In this document: positions 8,956-17,076 of the stretch, in pieces
How positions within the stretch are numbered: position 1 is the stretch's first letter
How the letters are laid out: every line of letters begins with the position of its first letter
Assembly: GCA_028281075.1 (NCBI GenBank)
Contig: JANQKO010000059.1
Location: 1 to 34,738, forward strand
DNA length: 34,738 nucleotides
From: Alphaproteobacteria bacterium
GTDB lineage: Bacteria > Pseudomonadota > Alphaproteobacteria > GCA-2731375
Direction: 5' to 3'
Translations under genes and position numbers: made by a program
The notes under the pieces: model-generated
Databases searched by the model: none
What the model saw: only the letters and a program-made list of their open reading frames with translations
Told to the model about the DNA's origin: nothing

Positions 8956-9729
8956 ATGTCCAAACCGCTGATGCCGAAAGCGACGGCCGTCTGGCTGGTC
9001 GACAACACCGCGCTGACGTTCGAGCAGATCGCCGACTTCTGCGGCCTGCACCCGCTGGAAGTGAAAGGCATCGCCGACGGCGAGGTGGCGCAGGGCATCC
9101 AGGGCCTGGACCCGGTCGCCACCGGCCAGATCACGCGGGAGAATCTCGAACGCAGCATCGACGACCCGAACACCATGCTGGTGATGGAGAGGCCACCGGT
9201 CGAGCTGCCGCCGACGCGCGGCCGCGGCGGCCGCTACACGCCGCTCAGCAAGCGCCAGGACCGGCCCAACGCCATCGCCTGGCTGCTGCGCAACCATCCC
9301 GAGCTGACCGACGCCCAGGTCGGCAAGCTGGTCGGCACGACCAAGCCGACGATCCAGTCGATCCGCGACCGGTCGCACTGGAACATGCCGAACATCAAGC
9401 CGCAGGACCCGGTCACGCTGGGCCTGACCACGCAGGTCGATCTCGACGCCGCCGTGCAGAAGGCGCAGGAGAAGCTGCGCCGGCAGCAGGCCAAGGAAGA
9501 GAAGGCCGCGGACAAGGCCAAGGCCGAGCAGTTCGCCGCGGCCGAAGCCGCCGGCATGCCCTCGACCCAGCCCGTGCCCGAGCCGGCGCCGGAACCCGCC
9601 GCCGAGCCGGCGCCCGAAGAGCCGCCGGCCCCCGAGCCGCCGGCGCGGGAACTGTCGGCCGAGGAGGTGTTCGGCGCCGCACCCACCGACGACGCTGGCG
9701 ACGACGCCGGCGACGACGAGCGCCCCTAG
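8956..9729 (+). CDS. DUF1013 family protein (TrcR-like cell-cycle regulator family) with low-complexity C-terminal tail
   Basis: 257-aa ORF. MSKPLMPKATAVWLVDNTALTFEQIADFCGLHPLEVKGIADGEVA... matches my recollection of alphaproteobacterial DUF1013. The last ~90 aa are an A/E/P/K-rich and D-rich tail. Confidence 0.8.
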   Translation: MSKPLMPKATAVWLVDNTALTFEQIADFCGLHPLEVKGIADGEVAQGIQGLDPVATGQITRENLERSIDDPNTMLVMERPPVELPPTRGRGGRYTPLSKRQDRPNAIAWLLRNHPELTDAQVGKLVGTTKPTIQSIRDRSHWNMPNIKPQDPVTLGLTTQVDLDAAVQKAQEKLRRQQAKEEKAADKAKAEQFAAAEAAGMPSTQPVPEPAPEPAAEPAPEEPPAPEPPARELSAEEVFGAAPTDDAGDDAGDDERP

Positions 9730-9825
9730 CCCGGCGTTCAAGGACGTCGGCGACCGGCGACGCGCGCGCCGGCGGGCACGCCGCGCGCGCCCCACGGATA
9801 TGGATCGACAGGAGGCGATGACGCG

Positions 9826-11460
9826 ATGGCGCGGATGACGGGCGGACGGGCGCTGGTGCGGTCGATCATGGCGCAGGGCATGGATACGGTGTTCGGCCTG
9901 CCCGGCGTGCAGATGGACCATTTCTTCAACGCCCTGCACGACGAAGGCAACGCCGTCCGCGTGATCCAGACCCGGCACGAGCAGGGCGCCGCCTACATGG
10001 CCTTCGGCTATGCCGCGGCGACCGGCCGGGCCGGCGCCTTCGCGGTGGTGCCGGGCCCGGGCCTGCTGAACACCACGGCGGCGCTGTCGACGGCCTATGG
10101 CTGCAACACGCCGGTGCTGGCGCTGACCGGGCAGATCCCGTCGGCCTATATCGGCCGCGGCCTGGGCATGCTGCACGAGATCCCGGACCAACTGGCGCTG
10201 CTGCGCGGCCTGACCAAATGGGCCGCGCGCATCGAGCATCCGGCCCAGGCGCCGGACCTGGTCGCCGAGGCCTTCAAGCAGATGCGGACGGGACGGCCGC
10301 GGCCGGTGGCGCTGGAGATGGCGCTCGACATCATGGCGACGGAAACCGAGGTCGGCGCGCCCGCGGCGCCGGCCGACTATCCGCCGCTGCCGGTCGACAC
10401 CGACCTGGTCGAACGGGCGGCGGTGCTGCTGGGCGCGGCCGAGAACCCGCTGATCGTCGCCGGCGGCGGCGTCTTCGGCGCCGAGGCCGAGCTGCTGGAA
10501 ACAGCCGAGCTGCTGCAAGCCCCCGTCGTCAGCCACCGCACGGGCCGCGGCGCCATCGACGACCGGCATTACCTGTCGCAGACCCAGCCGGCCGGGCACC
10601 GGCTCTGGGCCGCGGCCGACGTGGTGCTGGCGGTCGGCACGCGGCTGCAGCACCAGCGCATGTCCTGGGGCACGGACGCGGATCTGAAGATCGTCCATAT
10701 CGACATCGACGCCGTCGAGCTGAAACGCGTCTCGACGCCCGCCGTCGGCATTGCCGCCGACGCCAGGACGGCGCTGGCGGCGATGCTGCCGGCGCTGGCC
10801 CGGCACAACCGCGCGCGGACGTCGCGGGCCGAGGAGCTGACGGCGCTGAAGGCCGAGACCCAGGCGCTGCTGGAGGACAAGCTGGCGCCGCAGATGGCCT
10901 GGCTGAACGCGCTGCGCCGGGGCCTGCCCGAGAACGGCATCCTGGTCGACGAGTTCACCCAGGTCGGCTACCTGGCCCGGGCCGCCTTTCCGGTGCACGA
11001 ACCCCGCACCCTGCTGTCGTCGGGCTATCAGGGCACGCTGGGCTATGGCTACGCGGCGGCGCTGGGGGCCAAGGTGGCGCGGCCGGACCGGCCGGTGCTG
11101 TCGGTGAACGGCGACGGCGGCTTCATGTTCAACGTCCAGGAGCTGGCGACCGCGGTGCAGCACGGCATCGGCGCGGTCGCCGTGGTGTTCGACGACGGCG
11201 CCTACGGCAACGTGCAGCGCATGCAGCAGGAGATGCACGGCGGCCGGGTGATCGCGACCGACCTGCGCAATCCGGATTTCGCGGCCATGGCCGAGAGCTT
11301 CGGCGCGGACGGCCGCCGGGCCGAGACGCCGGCCGAGCTGGAGACCGCCGTCACGGAAGCCGTCGCCGCCGGCGCGCCGGCCGTGATCCACGTGCCGGTC
11401 GGCCGCATGCCCGACCCCTGGCCGATACTGATGCCGCGCCGGGCCCGCGGCCGGCGCTGA
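9826..11460 (+). CDS. Thiamine-pyrophosphate-dependent enzyme (acetolactate synthase large-subunit-like family)
   Basis: 544-aa ORF. N-terminal TPP-pyrimidine domain (GLPGVQMDHFFNAL...RHEQGAAYMAFGYA) and C-terminal TPP motif GDGGFMFNVQELATAV...N. Confidence 0.88.
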   Translation: MARMTGGRALVRSIMAQGMDTVFGLPGVQMDHFFNALHDEGNAVRVIQTRHEQGAAYMAFGYAAATGRAGAFAVVPGPGLLNTTAALSTAYGCNTPVLALTGQIPSAYIGRGLGMLHEIPDQLALLRGLTKWAARIEHPAQAPDLVAEAFKQMRTGRPRPVALEMALDIMATETEVGAPAAPADYPPLPVDTDLVERAAVLLGAAENPLIVAGGGVFGAEAELLETAELLQAPVVSHRTGRGAIDDRHYLSQTQPAGHRLWAAADVVLAVGTRLQHQRMSWGTDADLKIVHIDIDAVELKRVSTPAVGIAADARTALAAMLPALARHNRARTSRAEELTALKAETQALLEDKLAPQMAWLNALRRGLPENGILVDEFTQVGYLARAAFPVHEPRTLLSSGYQGTLGYGYAAALGAKVARPDRPVLSVNGDGGFMFNVQELATAVQHGIGAVAVVFDDGAYGNVQRMQQEMHGGRVIATDLRNPDFAAMAESFGADGRRAETPAELETAVTEAVAAGAPAVIHVPVGRMPDPWPILMPRRARGRR

Positions 11461-11550
11461 CCGCTGGTCTCAATACCTTAACCAAGGCAGGCTAGATACG
11501 GACCGGACGATGGCCGGGGCGCCGACCGCCCCACCGCGCGGAGCCGAGGC

Positions 11551-12387
11551 ATGGACGGCGCGTATCTGGCGCATTACCGCGAGCACGGCTATGCCGTGGT
11601 CCGGGCCCTGTTCGCGCCCGACGAGGTGGCCGGGATCGCCGCCGCCTTCGACCGCCTCTACGCCCGGGGCCTGGCGCACGGCGCCAGTTTCCGGCACGGC
11701 AACCTGCTGTACCGGGTGCGGACCGACGCCGACCTCGGCCCGATCGTGCCCATGGTCCAGTGGCCGGCCTATATCGAGCCGGTGCTGGAGCGGACGCGGC
11801 GGGACCCGCGCCTGCTGGACCTGCTGGCGCCGCTGCTGGGCCGCGACCTGAAGCAGATCATCAACCAGTTGCACTGGAAGCCGCCCTGGGCCCGGGGCGT
11901 CGGCTTCTCCTATCACCAGGACGCGCTGTTCCGCCGGCCGGCGGAGGCCTATCGGGATCTCGCCGGCTCCTATGTCCAGACCGGCATCGCCATCGATCCG
12001 CACGGCCCCCGGAACGGCGGCATGCGGGTCTATCCCGGCAGCCACCGGCGGGGCATCCTGCGCATCGAGCGGCCGGGCCGGGTGACCGACCATGAGATGG
12101 CCGACGCCGACCTGGCGGCGCTGGGCCTGGACCCGGCGGGCGCCGTGGACCTGGAGCTGGCGCCGGGCGACATCGCGCTCTGGCATCCCTATACGGTGCA
12201 CGGCTCGGGCCCGAACCCGAGCGCCGGCGACCGCCGCTTCTTCATCAACGGCTATGTCCGGTCCGCGAACTGCGACCGCGGCGAATGGGCCTTCCGCGAC
12301 GGCGCGCCCTGCCCGCTCGGCGAACCGGTCCTGGTGCATTACGAGGACCTGCACATCAGGCCCGAACCGCACTATACCGGCGACTGA
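11551..12387 (+). CDS. Phytanoyl-CoA dioxygenase (PhyH) family Fe(II)/2-oxoglutarate dioxygenase
   Basis: 278-aa ORF. An HxD facial-triad candidate (YHQD), a distal His in TVHGSGPN, and RR downstream. Confidence 0.8.
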   Translation: MDGAYLAHYREHGYAVVRALFAPDEVAGIAAAFDRLYARGLAHGASFRHGNLLYRVRTDADLGPIVPMVQWPAYIEPVLERTRRDPRLLDLLAPLLGRDLKQIINQLHWKPPWARGVGFSYHQDALFRRPAEAYRDLAGSYVQTGIAIDPHGPRNGGMRVYPGSHRRGILRIERPGRVTDHEMADADLAALGLDPAGAVDLELAPGDIALWHPYTVHGSGPNPSAGDRRFFINGYVRSANCDRGEWAFRDGAPCPLGEPVLVHYEDLHIRPEPHYTGD

Positions 12388-12730
12388 CCCGACCCGGCCG
12401 GCGGCGCATTTTGCCGGGCCCGGCACCCGACTCCAATCGCGAATGACCGGATCTGGGGCAACTCGTCCCAGTCTGGCACAGGCGCATTTTGCGTCAATTC
12501 GGGACAAATTCACCATAAATCCGCGCGAACGCGGATCGGACAGCCATTCCAACGGCTTAGCCAAAAAATGTCACAGGTGCCTCATTTCGGCCACAAACTG
12601 GCCCGGGCTCTGCAAGGACCGGGGTGAGCCGCACCGGCGCCGACAACGGCCCGGGGCACGAACCGGGGACCAGGGGGTCTCGACCATGCCCGCCAACGCC
12701 CGGCGGGACCCGATCGAGAGGAGAGTTCAG

Positions 12731-13348
12731 ATGCTGTTCGGCCGTATCGTCAAAGCCACCGCCACCACCGTCGCCGCCGCCGGCCTGCTGTTGAGCGCGG
12801 CCGCCGTTCCGGCCCAGGCCGACGAGGCCGGCGCCACCGCGCATGTCGCCAAGCTGAGCGAGAACGCCGTGGCCCTGCTGACCGACCGGCAGATCGACGC
12901 CAACGACAAGGCCGCGGCGCTGCACAAGCTGTTCGTCGAGGGCTTCGACATCCGCACGCTGAGCCGGGCCGTGCTGGGCCGGCACTGGCGCAAGGCCGAC
13001 GACGCCCAGCGCGCCGCCTACGTCCAGGCCTTCGAGGCCTATGTGGTCAAGACCTATGTCCGCCGCCTGTCGCAGCTCGACGACGTCAGCGTCAAGATCA
13101 AGGGCGCCCGCGAGCTGAACGAGAAGGACAGCCTAGTCAGCACCCGCTTCGCCGGCCCGAACGGCCAGCCGCTGAACATCGACTGGCGGGTCCGGACCCG
13201 CGACGGCGAGGCCAAGATCATCGACGTGATCGTCGAGGGCGTGTCCATGGCCGTGACCCAGCGGGCCGAGTTCTCGGCGCTGATCCGCAGCCACGGCGGC
13301 AAGCTGGACATGCTGATCGCGGCGCTGGAGAAGAAGGCCGCGGCCTGA
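12731..13348 (+). CDS. mlaC: MlaC/Ttg2D family phospholipid-binding periplasmic protein
   Basis: ATG 12731 is preceded by GAGAGGAG. The signal peptide ends AVPAQA. The body matches the Ttg2D pattern (FDIRTLSRAVLGRHWRK...QRAAYVQAFEAYVVKTY...WRVR...KIIDVIVEGVSM). The 12092 start of the ORF track is rejected. Confidence 0.82.
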   Translation: MLFGRIVKATATTVAAAGLLLSAAAVPAQADEAGATAHVAKLSENAVALLTDRQIDANDKAAALHKLFVEGFDIRTLSRAVLGRHWRKADDAQRAAYVQAFEAYVVKTYVRRLSQLDDVSVKIKGARELNEKDSLVSTRFAGPNGQPLNIDWRVRTRDGEAKIIDVIVEGVSMAVTQRAEFSALIRSHGGKLDMLIAALEKKAAA

Positions 13349-13473
13349 GGCCCGGCCGGCCGGGAGACATCGACAGGTCCGCCGGGAGACGTCGCCACCG
13401 GGCAGTGCAATCGGGATCCCCCCATCCCAGCATTCGCCGCCCACATGAGCGCAGACGTCCCCGGCCCTGCCAC

Positions 13474-13518
13474 GGCGGCGCCCCTCCCCCAGGGCGCCGC
13501 CGTTTCTTTTTGGGTTTC
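13474..13518 (+). terminator. Rho-independent terminator downstream of mlaC
   Basis: GGCGGCGCCC-CTCCCCCA-GGGCGCCGCC followed by GTTTCTTTTTGGGTTTC. Confidence 0.7.
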
Positions 13519-13792
13519 ATGGTTCGAAGGACGCACGGGCGCCGGGATCGGCGGGCGGGATGACGTCGTCCGGCGCGGCGCTCCGGGCCGCTTGAGCGGG
13601 CCACCCCCAGGCGGCCACGCCGGACGTCGACGTCGCCGGCGATCCTGCCGGGCCGGTGTTTCCGGCGGATGTCCGCCGCCACGTGATTTGGTTTCAATTG
13701 TGTCGGCCGGCGGCCCCGCCGGCGTTCACGGCGAAATGGGGCGGCCGGCATGGTATGACGGTCGCGGGGGGCATATATGAGATTCCTGGCAG

Positions 13793-15424
13793 GTGGGCAT
13801 GCGGGGCCGAGAGGAACAAGACGACACCCGACAGGACAGCCGGCGCCCCGTGGGTGGGCCCGCCGGCGACCGCTACCGCATCGTCATCGAGCCGTTGACA
13901 GGGCGGGTGACGGCCAGGTTCGCGGGCACGACGCTGGCCGAGACCACGGACGCCAAGATCCTGCACGAGACGAACCTGCCGTCGGTGATCTTCGTGCCGC
14001 GCGGGGACGTGGCCATGGACCACCTGCGGCCCATCGACCTGCAGACCTTCTGCCCGTTCAAGGGCAACGCGACGCACTGGCGGCTGACGCTCGGCGGGCG
14101 CACGGTGACGCCGGCGGCCTGGAGCTATGAAACGCCCTTGAGCGAGGCCGACGGAATCGCCGGCCATATCGCCTTCTATCCGGCCGCCGTCGAGCAGTGG
14201 ACGCGGGACGGCGAAACCCTGCACGCGATGACGCCGCTGCGCACCGAGCGGCACCCGCTGACCGACTGGCTGCTGCTGTCGGCGGGCGCCGCCGCCTCGC
14301 CGGAAGCGCTGACCGAGCAGCTCGGCCAGCAGCTCGTCGCCGCGGGCGTGCCGCTGTGGCGGCTCTCGGTCGCGATCTGGACACTGCACCCGCAGCTCGC
14401 CGGCACCGGCTATACCTGGCGCGGCGACCGCGACGGCGTGGCGCAGATCTATACGCCGCACGGCGCGCTTGAGAGCCCGCAATACCTCAACAGCCCGGTC
14501 AAGTTCGTCACCGACGGCCTGGGCGGCGTGCGCCAGCGGCTCGATACCGGCGCGCCGCGCTATCCGTTCCCGGTGATGAACGACCTGAAGGCCGAGGGCG
14601 CGACCGACTATGTCGCCATGCCGCTGCCGTTCTCGGACGGCAGCATCCATTCCATGACGCTGACCTCGCGCGACCCGGACGGCTTCTCGACCGCCGACCT
14701 CGGCATGGTGTTCGAGAACTCCGTGGTGATCAGCCGGCTCTACGAGGTGCATACGCTCAGGGCCAACACGGCCGTGCTGCTGAACACCTATCTCGGCAAG
14801 CGCACGGGCGCGCGCGTGCGCGAGGGCCAGACCCGGCGCGGCGACGGCGAACGCTTGCGGGCGGTGATCTTCATGGCCGACCTGCGCGGCTCGACCGCGC
14901 TGGCCGAGCGGCTCAGCCGGGAGGACTATCTCGACGTGCTGAGCTGCTTCTTCGACTGCACGGCGACGCCGGTGACCGAGCGTGGCGGCGAGGTGCTGAA
15001 GCTGATCGGCGACGCGGTGCTGGCGATCTTCCCGCTGCCCGACGCGATCGACGCGACCGCGGCCGAGGCGGCGGCGGCCACGGTCTGCCGCCGGGCGCAC
15101 ACGGCCGCGCGCGACAGCCTGCGGCGGATCGAGACCGCGAACCGGACGGGCGGGCTCAAGGCCGAGATCCGCTGCGCCGTGGCGCTGCATCTGGGCGAGC
15201 TGACCTACGGCAATGTCGGCTCGCGGGACCGGCTCGATTTCACGATCGTGGGCACGGCGGTGAACGAGACCGCGCGCCTCGACGCGGTGGCGAAGAAGCT
15301 CGACGAACCGGCGGTCTATTCCGGCGACGTCGGCCGGCACCTGGGCGAGGCCGCCCGCTCCCTCGGCCACCATGCGCTGCCGGGCGTCGGCCGCGAGATC
15401 GAGATCTTCGTGCCGGTCGGGTAA
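13793..15424 (+). CDS. DUF427 domain / class III adenylate (guanylate) cyclase fusion protein
   Basis: The N-terminus has a DUF427-like pattern (RVTARFAGTTLAET...VIFVPRGDV...CPFKGNATHW...AWSYETP...IAFY). The C-terminus is a cyclase homology domain (VIFMADLRGSTAL...LKLIGDAVLAIF...LHLGELTYGNVGS...DFTIVGTAVNETARL). The start is uncertain (GTG 13793 or ATG 13799). Confidence 0.85.
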   Translation: MGMRGREEQDDTRQDSRRPVGGPAGDRYRIVIEPLTGRVTARFAGTTLAETTDAKILHETNLPSVIFVPRGDVAMDHLRPIDLQTFCPFKGNATHWRLTLGGRTVTPAAWSYETPLSEADGIAGHIAFYPAAVEQWTRDGETLHAMTPLRTERHPLTDWLLLSAGAAASPEALTEQLGQQLVAAGVPLWRLSVAIWTLHPQLAGTGYTWRGDRDGVAQIYTPHGALESPQYLNSPVKFVTDGLGGVRQRLDTGAPRYPFPVMNDLKAEGATDYVAMPLPFSDGSIHSMTLTSRDPDGFSTADLGMVFENSVVISRLYEVHTLRANTAVLLNTYLGKRTGARVREGQTRRGDGERLRAVIFMADLRGSTALAERLSREDYLDVLSCFFDCTATPVTERGGEVLKLIGDAVLAIFPLPDAIDATAAEAAAATVCRRAHTAARDSLRRIETANRTGGLKAEIRCAVALHLGELTYGNVGSRDRLDFTIVGTAVNETARLDAVAKKLDEPAVYSGDVGRHLGEAARSLGHHALPGVGREIEIFVPVG

Positions 15425-15444
15425 CCGACCAACCCATAGGGAAG

Positions 15445-15550
15445 GGTTACCACAGAGGCACGGAGACACGGAGAACCAACTTGTTTTTTCGGCGCTTCGC
15501 GCCAACCAACTTTTTTGTTTGTTCTCGGTGTCTCCGTGCCTCTGTGGTTG
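15445..15550. repeat. Long palindromic intergenic element built from 8-nt units (family P8)
   Basis: The left arm is ACCACAGAGGCACGGAGACACGGAGAAC and the right arm is its near-perfect complement. The tip is GGCGC-TTC-GCGCC. It starts 21 nt after the cyclase stop. Confidence 0.85.
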
Positions 15551-15671
15551 GATTTTCTTGTTCCCGCGCCCCGACCGGCCCAGAGGCGGTTTTGCTTGTG
15601 GCGGCCGGGAGCGGTGCTACGATCGGACGATCCGATATCGGACGGACACGCCATCGAGGGAGGAGATGCTT

Positions 15672-16100
15672 ATGTCCACAGCTACGGCGGTTGCCGAGAA
15701 GCCGGCGGCGATGGAGATCGGCGACGGCGTCATGGTCGCCAAGAAGGACGAAGCGATCTACGTGAAGGGCCGGCGCGACTGGATGCAGTATCGCGAGCTC
15801 GGCGTCACGCAAGGCAGCGCCGGGCGCATCCGGGCGCAGGTGACCTCGTCGTCGCAAGGGCTGTCGGAGCCGACCGGCTGGCACGTGCATCTCTGCGAGG
15901 GCCAGCTCGTCTACATGCTGACGGGCTGGGTGGATCTCGAATTCGCCGGCGGCAAGGTGGTGCGCGTCGGCGCGGGCGACAGCATCTACATCCCCGGCAA
16001 CACGCCGCACAACGAGATCGCCACCTCGGACTCGTTCGAGCTGCTGGAGGTCAGCGTGCCGGCCGACATGGGCACGAAGCCCTGCGACCCGCCGGCTTAG
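15672..16100 (+). CDS. Cupin domain protein
   Basis: GWHVHLCEGQLVYMLTGWVDLEF...GDSIYIPGNTPHNE are cupin motifs 1 and 2. ATG 15672 (or 15666) follows GGGAGGAG. The long 15372 start is rejected because it crosses the repeat. Confidence 0.8.
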   Translation: MSTATAVAEKPAAMEIGDGVMVAKKDEAIYVKGRRDWMQYRELGVTQGSAGRIRAQVTSSSQGLSEPTGWHVHLCEGQLVYMLTGWVDLEFAGGKVVRVGAGDSIYIPGNTPHNEIATSDSFELLEVSVPADMGTKPCDPPA

Positions 16101-16118
16101 GCGGCCTAAACAAACAAA

Positions 16119-16225
16119 GGGTTTTCACCACAAAGACACGAAGGCGCAAAGAACCAAAAAGGTTTGTTGGCGCAAAGCGCCGTAACAACCCGTTTGTTCT
16201 TCGTGTCTTTGCGCCTTTGTGGTGA
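16119..16225. repeat. P8-family palindromic element
   Basis: GGTTTTCACCACAAAGACACGAAGGCGCAAAGAAC ... GTTCTTCGTGTCTTTGCGCCTTTGTGGTGA. The tip is GGCGC-AAA-GCGCC. The two inner 8-mers are in swapped order in the two arms. Confidence 0.85.
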
Positions 16226-16332
16226 CATCTCGGATTTCGGAACGTCAACCACTTATGCCAAGTTGGCATTGGTAAGTCGATCCGAGAGCACTTGGCATCG
16301 AAATCAAAACGCGCCGATGGTAGGATGAGGCC

Positions 16333-16557
16333 ATGGCCACGACGACGTTGGAGAAGGCGATCGCCTCGCTGAAAGAGTTACCGGAAGAGCTGCAGGACGA
16401 GCTCGGCGGACAGCTTCTGTCGTACATCGACCAGTGGCGCGAACTGCAGATGTCGGTCGCCGAAGGCATCGCGCAGCTTCGCCGCGGCGAGGGCGTTGAG
16501 GTCCGGGACGGCGCGGCGCTGGTGCGCGAGATCAAGGCGAGGCATGGTCACACCTAG
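16333..16557 (+). CDS. Type II antitoxin (ParD-like / addiction-module component), partner of ParE
   Basis: 74-aa acidic ORF that overlaps the downstream ParE-family toxin gene by 14 nt. The family assignment rests only on context and weak resemblance. Confidence 0.65.
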   Translation: MATTTLEKAIASLKELPEELQDELGGQLLSYIDQWRELQMSVAEGIAQLRRGEGVEVRDGAALVREIKARHGHT

Positions 16558-16873
16558 ACGGGTCGTTCTCGCGCCGACGGCCATCGCCGACATCGACAAC
16601 ATCTACCTCTACATCGCCGAAAACGGCGACCCCAAAGCCGCCGAAGGTCAGATCGAGCGTTTGTGGAGCGCCTTCGAACGCCTCTGCACCTTCCCCGAAC
16701 ACGGGCGCAAGCGCGATCTGCTGGCACGGGGTCTCTACTCGCTGGTCGCCGGCAACTACGTGGTGTTCTATCTGCCGCACGACGACCGCATCGAAATCGT
16801 CCGCGTCATTCACGGTCGCCGCGACATCGAGCAGGAGATGGTCTCGTTCCTCAAACGGCACTTGCTGCGCTAA
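16544..16873 (+). CDS. parE: Type II toxin, RelE/ParE family
   Basis: VVLAPTAIADIDNIYLYIAENGDPKAAEGQIERL...FPEHGRKR...YVVFYLPHDDRIEIVRVIHGRRD, a typical ParE pattern. ATG 16544 overlaps the antitoxin 3' end. Confidence 0.85.
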   Translation: MVTPRRVVLAPTAIADIDNIYLYIAENGDPKAAEGQIERLWSAFERLCTFPEHGRKRDLLARGLYSLVAGNYVVFYLPHDDRIEIVRVIHGRRDIEQEMVSFLKRHLLR

Positions 16874-16952
16874 GGATCGCGCCTCGGTTTGGTCGTCAAC
16901 TCTGTCGTATCATGTCGGCGACAAGAGCCGATGAGACGTGAACAGCGAAAAA

Positions 16953-17040
16953 TCACCACCAAGGCACCAAGACACCACGATCACGCAGAACGTGAGCAAT
17001 GGTGCCGGCTGATCTTGGTGTCTTTGCGTCTTGGCGGTGA
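16953..17040. repeat. P8-family palindromic element
   Basis: TCACCACCAAGGCACCAAGACACCACGATC ... GATCTTGGTGTCTTTGCGTCTTGGCGGTGA. Confidence 0.8.
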
Positions 17041-17076
17041 ACCTATCTTGTTTTTGAAACGTGACGGGAGGTGGGG

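Noticed and set aside
8827-11391. 854-aa minus-strand ORF. The same class of long antisense ORFs includes 7466-8452(-), 4429-5625(+), 5424-6623(+), 13694-15505(-), 11470-12564(-), 33269-33973(-) and 25998-26924(-).
   Set aside because: All of them overlap, on the opposite strand or in another frame, genes with strong family motifs. Their products are arginine/glycine/proline-rich with no motifs, so they are high-GC shadow ORFs.
12474-12492. Sigma54-like promoter TGGCAC...TTGC upstream of mlaC
   Set aside because: The GG-to-GC spacing is 16 nt, whereas the RpoN -24/-12 consensus requires 12 nt, so the geometry is wrong.
15445-17040. Possibility that the P8 elements and the 26711-27362 array are a CRISPR array
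   Set aside because: There is no constant direct repeat alternating with unique spacers. The elements are single long palindromes or a 322-bp tandem duplication, and no cas genes are present.
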